Virus record (IMG/VR): IMGVR_UViG_3300017540_000011
Span: 1 to 38,399 of that record
Length of the DNA stretch: 38,399 bases
Direction: 5' to 3' (one strand)
From: a virus
Taxonomy: Duplodnaviria > Caudoviricetes
Part shown: positions 8,285 through 16,104 of the stretch, one piece after another
Layout of the letters: each line of letters begins with the position of its first letter
Position numbering within the stretch: the stretch's first letter is position 1
The notes under the pieces: generated by a model
The model's input: only the letters and a program-made list of their open reading frames with translations
Databases searched by the model: none
Told to the model about the DNA's origin: nothing
Position numbers and translations under genes: made by a program

Positions 8285-9019
8285 GTGGAGGTAGTACCGC
8301 TCGCTTCCTCGAGCGCGGCGAACTGCACGCTCGTCAGGCACGCGGCCGGGCCGACCATCCTCTTGGATGCCGGCCTGACCGTGCGCGAGCTCAGGCCACT
8401 CCTCGGCTTCCAGGTGACGAGCCTGGAAGCCGCCCTCATCACCCACGCCCACCAGGACCACGCCAGGGGCGTCGAGAGCCTCCTGCAGGCGGGCGTCACC
8501 TGCGCCATGCGCGTGGAGACCGCCGAGGTCCTCGGCGTCGCCAAGCACCACCGTGTCCGGATCCTCGCCCCGCAGGACCACGTCACGCCCCGCGGCCCGT
8601 ACATGTTCGGGCCGTGGGCGGTTGTCCCGTTCGCGGTCGACCACGACCTCCCCAACCTCGGCTTCGTTCTGGCCACGCGCAGCGAGCGCCTGCTCTACCT
8701 GACCGACACGCCCTTCTCCAGGTACCGGTTCGAGGGCCTGACTCACGTCCTGGTCGAGGCGAACCACAGCGTCGAGCTCGTCCTCAAACGCGTGGAAGAG
8801 GGCGCGTTGGAGGCGCACGTGGGCGCACGCATCATCCGCAGCCACCTGGGCCTGGAGCGGGCGCTTGAGCTCCTCAAGTCCAACGACCTGAGCCGGGTCC
8901 AGGAGATCTGGTTGATGCACCTGTCAGCCGGCAACAGTGACGCCGCCGCGTTCAAGGCGGCCGTGGAGAGGGCCACGGGCGTACCCACGCGCGTGGCCGC
9001 GGAGAGGATAGTGGCCTGA
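8285..9019 (+). CDS. Metallo-beta-lactamase-fold nuclease (YycJ/WalJ-like)
   Basis: ASSSAANC, LLDAG, THAHQDH, TDT, EANH, SHL, HLS..NS. Confidence 0.9.
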   Translation: MEVVPLASSSAANCTLVRHAAGPTILLDAGLTVRELRPLLGFQVTSLEAALITHAHQDHARGVESLLQAGVTCAMRVETAEVLGVAKHHRVRILAPQDHVTPRGPYMFGPWAVVPFAVDHDLPNLGFVLATRSERLLYLTDTPFSRYRFEGLTHVLVEANHSVELVLKRVEEGALEAHVGARIIRSHLGLERALELLKSNDLSRVQEIWLMHLSAGNSDAAAFKAAVERATGVPTRVAAERIVA

Positions 9020-9097
9020 TGGCCGTCGTCGTCGAGCGGCGCGTGTCATGGGGCGTGCGTTGCGCCGAGTGCCAGCTGACGCAGGAGGGGAGAGCCG

Positions 9098-9532
9098 ATG
9101 CCAGGCGCAACTGAGCCAGCTCCAGACCTGAGGGGCGCAGCCTTCCTGACGTGCTCGTGCTGTGGGGAGGGCGGCCTGCGGAACGAGTCGCAGAACGTCT
9201 GCCCCGAGTGCGGGTGGCCGGCCTGCCCCGACTGCATGGTCCGCGATGACGGTTGGGCGGCGTGCCGCGCCTGCAACGACCGCGCCAACCGGCAAGCTGC
9301 CGAAGCGACCAGCCCCGACCGTGACCGGCGCGCCCGGGAGGCTAGGGAGCGGGCTGAGCGCCGCGAGCGCATCGCCACGACGGTCTACGCGAGCATGTTC
9401 ACCGCCATCAAGTTGCGCCCGACGGTGCAAGAGCGAGGCATGTGGGCGGCTGAGGCCGTCGCCGCCGCCGACGCGCTTATGGCCGAGCTCGACCGTCGCC
9501 GCGACGTCGAAGCCCGCGAGGCCCGGTCGTGA
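9098..9532 (+). CDS. Zinc-finger hypothetical protein
   Basis: Four CxxC pairs; GGAGGGGAG SD. Confidence 0.7.
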   Translation: MPGATEPAPDLRGAAFLTCSCCGEGGLRNESQNVCPECGWPACPDCMVRDDGWAACRACNDRANRQAAEATSPDRDRRAREARERAERRERIATTVYASMFTAIKLRPTVQERGMWAAEAVAAADALMAELDRRRDVEAREARS

Positions 9533-9927
9533 CCGCGCCCGACGCGCCCCAGGTCGAGCCGCTGGCCCTCACCCTCCCGCCGGCGCCGACGTTCGACGCG
9601 GACGGGTACCCAACCGACGAAACCTTGGACCTGATTGAGAAGTGGCCCCCGCAGGACGTGCGCGGCCTCCTACGCTTCATCGCCGAAGCGTGGAAGTACA
9701 GCGAGCGCGGGCCGCACCCCATCGATTACCTAGCGCGCATCACGCCCCACACGGGAGCGCTGAACGAGGACGGGTACGAGCTCTGGTACGCCACTACCGG
9801 CGGGTGGAGCGGGAACGAGGACCTCATCCGGGCGTTCATGCGGAACGCCGTGGCGTGGTCGATCTCGTGGAAGGCGAGCGTGGCGGGCGGCGCGTACTAC
9901 TGGCGCGTCAGGAAGGAACAAGCATGA
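9529..9927 (+). CDS. Hypothetical phage protein
   Basis: DGYPT...TGGWSGNE motifs; coupled at both ends. Confidence 0.75.
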   Translation: MTAPDAPQVEPLALTLPPAPTFDADGYPTDETLDLIEKWPPQDVRGLLRFIAEAWKYSERGPHPIDYLARITPHTGALNEDGYELWYATTGGWSGNEDLIRAFMRNAVAWSISWKASVAGGAYYWRVRKEQA

Positions 9928-10181
9928 GGCAGGTCGAGACGCTCATGGGCGTCATCATCCTGCTGGCCCTGACCGCGCTCTTGGCCGTCATCACGATCAA
10001 CGGCTACCTGCGGGCCAAGCCCGCCACGCCCACCCCGCAGCAGCCGTCCGGCGTGTGGGCCGGCCTAGTTGACGACCTCCCCAGCGGTCGGCTTGTGGAG
10101 TGCGTGTTCGCGCGCGACCCGAGCGGGAGTGTGGCCGTCACGTGCGACTGGCAGAACGCCGTTGTTAGGGGCAGGCCGTGA
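9924..10181 (+). CDS. Membrane-anchored hypothetical protein
   Basis: N-terminal TM helix and C-terminal two-Cys domain; ATGA overlap. Confidence 0.7.
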   Translation: MRQVETLMGVIILLALTALLAVITINGYLRAKPATPTPQQPSGVWAGLVDDLPSGRLVECVFARDPSGSVAVTCDWQNAVVRGRP

Positions 10182-10483
10182 GCGGCGAGCCGAAAACCCT
10201 CACGCCAGGGCGGTTCCAGCACCGCCACCCGGTCGAGGCCATCCGCTTCACGGGCGCGAACGCCAGCGACATCTACAAGTTCGTGGGCTGGGAGGTGTCA
10301 GGCGACCGCGTGCGCCTTGACAACAAGGCGGGCGTGATGCGGCTCTGGACGGTGCCGCCCATCCACGCGGGCGACTGGCTGGTGCGCCGCCCCCAGCCGC
10401 TTCGCAAGAGCGAAGCGGCCTGCCGCCCGGGCCGCTACGTCGTCTACGACGCCGCGCTCGCGCGGGTGAAGGGCGGCGCCTGA
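10178..10483 (+). CDS. Hypothetical phage protein
   Basis: VEAIRFTGAN...GDWLVR; coupled. Confidence 0.7.
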   Translation: MSGEPKTLTPGRFQHRHPVEAIRFTGANASDIYKFVGWEVSGDRVRLDNKAGVMRLWTVPPIHAGDWLVRRPQPLRKSEAACRPGRYVVYDAALARVKGGA

Positions 10484-10620
10484 TGCCGCCCATCGACCCG
10501 CGCTCCTTCGCCCTCGGCGCCCTCCTCGGCCCCCTCATCTGGGCCTTCGCCGGCCTCACCGCCTTCATCATCCTCGCCTTCGTCGGCGAGCTCATCGAGA
10601 GGCTCGTGAGCGACCCATGA
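10483..10620 (+). CDS. Small membrane protein (45 aa)
   Basis: TGATG start, hydrophobic core, ATGA overlap downstream. Confidence 0.6.
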   Translation: MPPIDPRSFALGALLGPLIWAFAGLTAFIILAFVGELIERLVSDP

Positions 10621-11360
10621 CCCACCACACCCTCCTCGAACGCCTGCAGCGACGCAGCGACCGGCTGAGCACCTACGCCAAGGCGATCGGGCAGGCCCAT
10701 CAGATGCTCGCGGACCTGCACCGGGTCTTCGGCGAGGAACTGGCCGAGCTCGGCAGCGACCTCGCCCAGCTCGAAGCCACCACGGCAGAACCCGACCCGC
10801 AACCGGCCCCGCCTCGCCAGCCCCACCGGTCGGCCCGCGCCGACACCCCACCCAAGGCGTGCGTCGTCTGCGGCGACACGTTCGAGCGGCGCGACACCGA
10901 GAGCGCCGCCGACTACGACCGGCGCAAGACCTGCGGCAAGGCCGCCTGCAGGCGCGAAGCCATCTCGAGAGCCACGACCGGCAAGAAGAAGACGAGTCGG
11001 CGCCCCGCGCAGGCTCAGGTCACGGCCCCGGCTGGGCCGAAGACACCCGCTGAACCCCCGCCGGCGCCCGCGGCCGAGGCCCCCGCACCCGACCCGGCGC
11101 CACCTCGGGCGCCGGGCGCAGAGACCGCGGCCGAGCCACAACCACCGGCGCCACAGGCGGCGCCGCCCGCCGAGCCCCGGCGCCTCAACTGGCGACCGCC
11201 CGAGCCGCACGAACCCATCCGCCTCCAACCACTCGGCGAACCCTGCCCAAACCACCCCGGCGAGGCCATCGGCGCCTACGGCTGCCCAGCCTGCCGAGCG
11301 GGGGAGAACTGGCGAAAGCGCGGCCAAGTCGCCTATGTCGGCGTAGGGAGCAGGCCGTGA
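10617..11360 (+). CDS. Hypothetical protein (coiled coil, Zn-ribbons, Pro-rich linker)
   Basis: CVVC...CGKAAC and CPNH...CPAC. Confidence 0.7.
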   Translation: MTHHTLLERLQRRSDRLSTYAKAIGQAHQMLADLHRVFGEELAELGSDLAQLEATTAEPDPQPAPPRQPHRSARADTPPKACVVCGDTFERRDTESAADYDRRKTCGKAACRREAISRATTGKKKTSRRPAQAQVTAPAGPKTPAEPPPAPAAEAPAPDPAPPRAPGAETAAEPQPPAPQAAPPAEPRRLNWRPPEPHEPIRLQPLGEPCPNHPGEAIGAYGCPACRAGENWRKRGQVAYVGVGSRP

Positions 11361-11461
11361 CGGCCGCCGACCACCGCAAGGCCATGCGGAAGCTCCTCGA
11401 ATCCTTCACGCCCAGGCACCGCATGTGGGAGACCTTCGACGCCAGCGAGAGAGGAGTCTAG
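11357..11461 (+). CDS. Short ORF (34 aa), possibly a gene remnant
   Basis: GTGA coupled; its 3' end carries the GAGGAG SD for the next gene. Confidence 0.45.
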   Translation: MTAADHRKAMRKLLESFTPRHRMWETFDASERGV

Positions 11462-11464
11462 ACC

Positions 11465-12415
11465 GTGGCCCAGTGGCGGCCCTTACACCGGCGGATCACC
11501 CAGAGCGACAAGGCGTACGAGCTCGCAGAAGACCCCGGCGCCCTGTGGCTCTACTGCGCCCTCCTGCCCCACACCGACAAGGAGGGCCGCGTCAACGCCA
11601 ACCCGCACCACATCCTCGGCGGCATCCTCGAAGGCTGGCCGTACACGCCCGACCAGATCGAGCGCTGGCTCCTCGAGCTTGCCCGCGTCGGCCTCATCCA
11701 GCTCTACAGCAACGGCCGCAGGAGTCACATCGCGCAGTTCACGAAGTTCCAGGAGATGACGAAGCCGGACAAGCGCGAACCCGCCAGCGACCTTCCCGGG
11801 CCCACTGATGAAGGCAGCCAGTCCATGCTCCCGGAACCACCCCGGCCCCCTGCCCGGGAATCTTCGCGGAATCTCCCCGAAGAGTCCCCGGAGACTCCGG
11901 GAGAATCCCAGGAAGAACCCAGGCAGGGCGACGCGGAAACTCCACGGACACATGTGCATGTGCATGTGCATGAACATGTGCATGAACAACCCCCCCAACC
12001 CCCCCACACACCCGAACCGACCCCGAACCAAGCCGAAGGGGAAGAAGACGAACCAGACCCATCACAGGACGAGAGCCCCGAGGATGACCTGACGCACCAC
12101 CAGCGACGCCTCCGGGACCGCCCCCCAGACCCCCTACCAGGCTCACGCCTCGCCACCCTCCACCCCGAAGCCTGGGCCGCACTCACAGACTTCCGCCGAG
12201 CCGCCGGCAAAGTCACCGAAGGCCAGTTCACAGCCTGGGCGAAGACCATCACCGACCACATCGACCAGTACGGCGAGACCGCAGTCGTCGCAGCACTCAG
12301 ACTCACCCTCGAGAAGACAGGCCTCAAGCAACCCTTCGCCTACTACCGCAAGGTCCTCGCCCAACCCAGAACATCCGACGACCCGCTCGCCCAGTACCGG
12401 GAGGCCGGACTGTGA
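11465..12415 (+). CDS. Phage replication initiator / replisome organiser
   Basis: N-terminal winged-helix-like domain (LLPHTDKEGR), repeat-rich linker, C-terminal PFAYYRKVL; directly upstream of dnaC-like gene. Confidence 0.8.
   Translation: MAQWRPLHRRITQSDKAYELAEDPGALWLYCALLPHTDKEGRVNANPHHILGGILEGWPYTPDQIERWLLELARVGLIQLYSNGRRSHIAQFTKFQEMTKPDKREPASDLPGPTDEGSQSMLPEPPRPPARESSRNLPEESPETPGESQEEPRQGDAETPRTHVHVHVHEHVHEQPPQPPHTPEPTPNQAEGEEDEPDPSQDESPEDDLTHHQRRLRDRPPDPLPGSRLATLHPEAWAALTDFRRAAGKVTEGQFTAWAKTITDHIDQYGETAVVAALRLTLEKTGLKQPFAYYRKVLAQPRTSDDPLAQYREAGL
11853..11986 (+). repeat. Putative origin: 11-bp iteron-like array plus (CATGTG/CATGAA)x6
   Basis: CCCGGGAATCT, TCGCGGAATCT, CCCCGAAGAGT, CCCCGGAGACT, CCGGGAGAATC, CCAGGAAGAAC in tandem at 11853..11918; hexamers at 11951..11986. 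Confidence 0.6.
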
Positions 12416-13092
12416 CCCGAACTCTCCCACCAGAAGCCTGCGAGATCCTCGACCAGGCCCTCGCCCAACACGTCGGCGAAGACGCCTGGCTCGGCATCGC
12501 CTGGATCCCCAAAGACCGCAACCACCCCTACCACCACGACCTGCAACGCGCCCTCGAGGAACGCCGCCGCCACGACGTGCAGAGCTTCACCGACACCCTC
12601 CCCACCCGCTACCGCCGCTACACCTTCGACACCCTCCGCCGCCACCCCGGCAACGCCACCGCCATCGACGCCGCCAAAGCCCTCCAACCCGGCCAGAACC
12701 TCTACCTCTGGGGCCCCGCCGGCAACGGCAAAACCCACCTCGCCATCGCCACCGGCCACCACCTCGCCGAAACCGGTCACACCGTCGCCTTCCACGGCAT
12801 CGCCGCCCTCTTCGCCCAGATCCGCGCATCCTTCGCCCCCGACGGCCCCCCACGCCCCAACCTCCACCACCCCGACATCCTCATCCTCGACGACCTCGGC
12901 AAGATCAAACCCACCGAATTCGTCTACGAAACCTTCTACGCCACCCTCGAAACCCGCTGGTCACAAGAAAAGACCACCATCTTCACCGCCAACCACCGCC
13001 CACTCGACGCCGCCAACCAACTCGCCCCAGACCCCGAAAGCGCCGCCGCCATCCTCTCCCGCATGGCCAGCGGCACCGTCACCGAAATCTAG
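12412..13092 (+). CDS. DnaC/IstB-like helicase loader ATPase (in-frame TAG; frame continues to 13119)
   Basis: GPAGNGKTHL Walker A; LILDDLG Walker B; TIFTAN; ILSRM. Confidence 0.9.
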   Translation: MTRTLPPEACEILDQALAQHVGEDAWLGIAWIPKDRNHPYHHDLQRALEERRRHDVQSFTDTLPTRYRRYTFDTLRRHPGNATAIDAAKALQPGQNLYLWGPAGNGKTHLAIATGHHLAETGHTVAFHGIAALFAQIRASFAPDGPPRPNLHHPDILILDDLGKIKPTEFVYETFYATLETRWSQEKTTIFTANHRPLDAANQLAPDPESAAAILSRMASGTVTEI

Positions 13093-13115
13093 GGCAGAGA
13101 CGAGAGGCTGCCCCG

Positions 13116-13475
13116 GTGACCCTCGAGCTGCCCTGGCCACCCACCGCGAACAACCTCCACGCCGTCGTCCGCGGCCGCAAGGTCCTCAGCCGCAAAGGCC
13201 GCGAGTACCGGGCCCAAGCCGCCGCGCAGCTCGCAATGCAAGCCGCTCCACGCCTCGGCGACGCCCGCCTCGCCATCACCCTCACCCTCCACCCACCCGA
13301 CCGCCGCCGCCGAGACATCGCCAACAGCGAAAAGGCCGCCATCGACGCCCTCGTCTACGCCGGCGTCCTCCACGACGACAGCCAGATCGACCGCCTGACC
13401 ATCGTCCGCGCCGAGCCGCGCGCCGGGGGCGCGCTCACAGTCACGATCGAGGAGATGGGGGAAACCAGACCGTGA
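13116..13475 (+). CDS. rusA: RusA-family Holliday junction resolvase
   Basis: LPWPPTANN, PPDRRRRDIANSEKAAIDAL, DDSQI. Confidence 0.9.
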   Translation: MTLELPWPPTANNLHAVVRGRKVLSRKGREYRAQAAAQLAMQAAPRLGDARLAITLTLHPPDRRRRDIANSEKAAIDALVYAGVLHDDSQIDRLTIVRAEPRAGGALTVTIEEMGETRP

Positions 13476-13951
13476 ACCAACCTGCTACCATTGCTCCAGC
13501 ACCGCCCCTCCGGGGCGCACGAATCCCCGCGAAGGAGGCGGCGGTGCGACTCGTCATCCCCGGCAGACCACAAAGCAGAGCCCGCAACGCCAAAGGCCAG
13601 GCGCTGCAGGCCGCGCACGCCTACCACGAGTCCGTCCGCCACCACGCCCGCCAAGCCGGTCTCGGCAAGGACGGCCACCCCCACGCGCCAGACGCCTGCA
13701 TCGCCGTCTGGCTCACCTTCGTCTACACCTCCACCAAGCTCGACCTCCCACCCACCGCCTGGCCCGCCGAGAACATCCCCCACGCCCACCGGGCCCCGGA
13801 GATCTCACTACTCGCCCTGACCGGCCTCGCGTTCACCAGCGTCTCCCAGGCCAACCCGCTCATCGTCACCCGCGTCGTCCTCACGCCCGAAGAGTGCCAG
13901 GCTCGCTACGGCAGCGCCGACGGCGCCACGGTCATCGAGATCGAGGCCTGA
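13472..13951 (+). CDS. Hypothetical protein, degenerate RusA-like fold
   Basis: LVIPGRPQSRAR, VWLTFVY, ALTGLAF...SQ, TVIEIE pattern without catalytic Asp residues. Confidence 0.6.
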   Translation: MNQPATIAPAPPLRGARIPAKEAAVRLVIPGRPQSRARNAKGQALQAAHAYHESVRHHARQAGLGKDGHPHAPDACIAVWLTFVYTSTKLDLPPTAWPAENIPHAHRAPEISLLALTGLAFTSVSQANPLIVTRVVLTPEECQARYGSADGATVIEIEA

Positions 13952-13953
13952 AC

Positions 13954-14436
13954 ATGGCCAGGCGCCGCTCAAAGCCCACACCGAAAAAGCTCGCGCAGTT
14001 CCTGGAGGCCCTCGCCGAGACAGGCAACGTTCTCCTCAGCTGCGATATGCACAACCTCGACCGGCGCGCGCTGTACAGGCTCCGCAAGGCTGACGAGGAC
14101 TTCAGGCGGGCGTGGGATGAGGCGCTTGAGCAGGCCGCCGACCACCTCGAGGCCGAAGCCAGGCGCCGCGCTCTCGACGGCCTGCTGCAGAAGAAGTTCA
14201 CTAAGGACGGCGACCCGATTATCGACCCGGAGACGGGCGAGCAGTACGTTGAGCGCGTCTACAGCGACACGCTCCTGATCTTCTTGTTGAAGGGCGCGCG
14301 GCCAGAGCGTTACCGGGACCGTCAGCAGCTCGAGCACACGGGCCCCGGCGGCCAGCCGCTGCCGGCGCCTGCCGTGGTGAACGTCTACATCCCCGACAAC
14401 GGACGGGACGGCTCAGGCGAGGGCGAGAATCATTGA
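13954..14436 (+). CDS. terS: Terminase small subunit
   Basis: HTH (FLEALAETGNV), LEAEARRRALDG, YSDTLLIFLLKG..PERYR; upstream of TerL. Confidence 0.85.
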   Translation: MARRRSKPTPKKLAQFLEALAETGNVLLSCDMHNLDRRALYRLRKADEDFRRAWDEALEQAADHLEAEARRRALDGLLQKKFTKDGDPIIDPETGEQYVERVYSDTLLIFLLKGARPERYRDRQQLEHTGPGGQPLPAPAVVNVYIPDNGRDGSGEGENH

Positions 14437-14684
14437 CGCACGAACTCGCCCCGATCGGTTCTGCAGATCTCTGCCCCCTCTGTGATGCCCTCCGGGAGAT
14501 AGGCCAGGGTTCGCTTCTCCAGCACCAAGAGCGCATCCTGCACGGCGCCTGCCGAGGCCTGAGGCTCCGCTTCCACTACGTGTTGGACCAAGCGCAGAAA
14601 CTCGATGCACGGGAACTCGGGCGACGTGCGGTCCCACAGGACCCCCCCTACCGTCTGGATGAACTCTTCCTTGAGGTGCGGCAT
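14430..14684 (-). CDS. Small inserted hypothetical gene between terS and terL (strand uncertain; + ORF 14433..14696 is the alternative)
   Basis: Atypical-composition segment with full-length ORFs on both strands; the minus-strand product looks more globular. Confidence 0.4.
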   Translation of the reverse strand: MPHLKEEFIQTVGGVLWDRTSPEFPCIEFLRLVQHVVEAEPQASAGAVQDALLVLEKRTLAYLPEGITEGAEICRTDRGEFVRQ

Positions 14685-16104
14685 GGAGCATCATAGGCCG
14701 CCCATCCCGGGGGAGAACGGAGCGCCTGCGCCGATCATCGAGATCCGGCCCCAGCCCGGTCCCCAGGAGGCGTTCCTCGCCACGCCTGCGGACATCGCCT
14801 TCTACGGCGGTGCCGCCGGGTCCGGGAAGAGCTTCGCGACCGTCATCGACCCCCTCCGGCACGTGCATCGGCCCGGGTACCGCGGCGTGATGTTCCGCCG
14901 CGAGATGACCCGCCTCATCGGCTCCGGGTCGCTGTGGGAGGAATCCCAGGGCATCTACCCGCTCCTCGGCGCCGAGAGTCGCATGAGCCCCGTCCTCGAG
15001 TGGCGCTTCCCCTCCGGGGCCGTCATCGAAATGCGGCACCTGCAGCACGAAAAGGACAAGCACGCCCACCAAGGGAAGCAGTACGCCGCCATCTACTTCG
15101 ACGAGGTCACCGAGTTCGAGGAAGCGCAGTTCTGGTACCTCATCAGCCGCCTCCGCACGACGAGCGGCGTTCGGCCCTACGCCCGCGGCACCTGCAACCC
15201 CGACCCCGACAGCTGGGTCCGCCACCTCATCGACTGGTGGATCGGCAGCGACGGCCTACCCATACCCGAACGCAGCGGCGTCATACGGTGGTTCGCCAGG
15301 GTCGGCGACCAGCTCGTCTGGGCCGACACCCGCGACCAGCTCCTAGCCGATAACCTGACCGTCGAACCCGACGACCCCCTCTCGTTCACCTTCATCGCCG
15401 CCAGGCTCGACGACAACCCAGCCCTCCTCGCCAAGGACCCGTCCTACCGCGCCCGCCTGCGCGCCCTTCCCCTCGTCGAGCGCGAGCGGCTCCTCGGCGG
15501 CAACTGGAACATCCGCCACAGCGCCGGCCTGCTCTTCAAGCGCGCCTGGTGCGAGCTCGTCGACCAAGCCCCCGCCGGCCTCACCATGGTCCGCGCCTGG
15601 GACTTCGCCGGCACCGCCGTCAGCCCAAGCACGCCCGACCCCGACTGGACGGTCGGCACCAAGGTCGGCCGCGGCCCCGGCCGCGCGCCCGAGCACTACG
15701 CCCTCGACGCCGTCCGCCTCCGCGGCACGCCGTCCCAGGTCGAGGAGCTGTTCATCCGCACCGCCCTCGCCGACGGGCCCAACGTTATCCAGGTCATCCC
15801 GCAGGACCCCGGAGAGGCGGGGAAGACCGTCGCCCTGCAGCGCATGACCCTGCCCGAGCTGCAGGGCATCGCCGTCCGCGTCGTGCGGCCCACCGGCGAC
15901 AAGGTGACCCGCTTCCAGCGCGCGAGCAGCCTGGCGGAGAAGGGCCTCCTCAAGGTCGTGCGCGGACCCTGGAACGACTGGTGGTTCTCCGACCTCGAGG
16001 GCTTCCCGGACGCCACCCACGACGACACGGCCGACAGCCTCAGTGACGCAGTGAACAACTGCCCGGCGCCCAGCGCGTTCCGGGTGAGGGGAGCCACCGC
16101 ATGA
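14683..16104 (+). CDS. terL: Terminase large subunit
   Basis: PQPGPQEAF, YGGAAGSGKS, YFDEVTEF, TCNP, RAWDFA, HDDTADS. Confidence 0.95.
   Translation: MEHHRPPIPGENGAPAPIIEIRPQPGPQEAFLATPADIAFYGGAAGSGKSFATVIDPLRHVHRPGYRGVMFRREMTRLIGSGSLWEESQGIYPLLGAESRMSPVLEWRFPSGAVIEMRHLQHEKDKHAHQGKQYAAIYFDEVTEFEEAQFWYLISRLRTTSGVRPYARGTCNPDPDSWVRHLIDWWIGSDGLPIPERSGVIRWFARVGDQLVWADTRDQLLADNLTVEPDDPLSFTFIAARLDDNPALLAKDPSYRARLRALPLVERERLLGGNWNIRHSAGLLFKRAWCELVDQAPAGLTMVRAWDFAGTAVSPSTPDPDWTVGTKVGRGPGRAPEHYALDAVRLRGTPSQVEELFIRTALADGPNVIQVIPQDPGEAGKTVALQRMTLPELQGIAVRVVRPTGDKVTRFQRASSLAEKGLLKVVRGPWNDWWFSDLEGFPDATHDDTADSLSDAVNNCPAPSAFRVRGATA

Noticed and set aside
8285-9019. Antibiotic-resistance beta-lactamase
   Set aside because: No signal peptide; YycJ-like motifs and RecT context indicate a nuclease.
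11951-11986. CRISPR array or phase-variable repeat
   Set aside because: In-frame hexamers with no spacers and no cas genes; unit changes would not shift the frame.
13090-13092. Genome-wide amber recoding
   Set aside because: Other TAG codons (18325, 22477, 32802, 33681, 36800) behave as true stops at natural gene ends.
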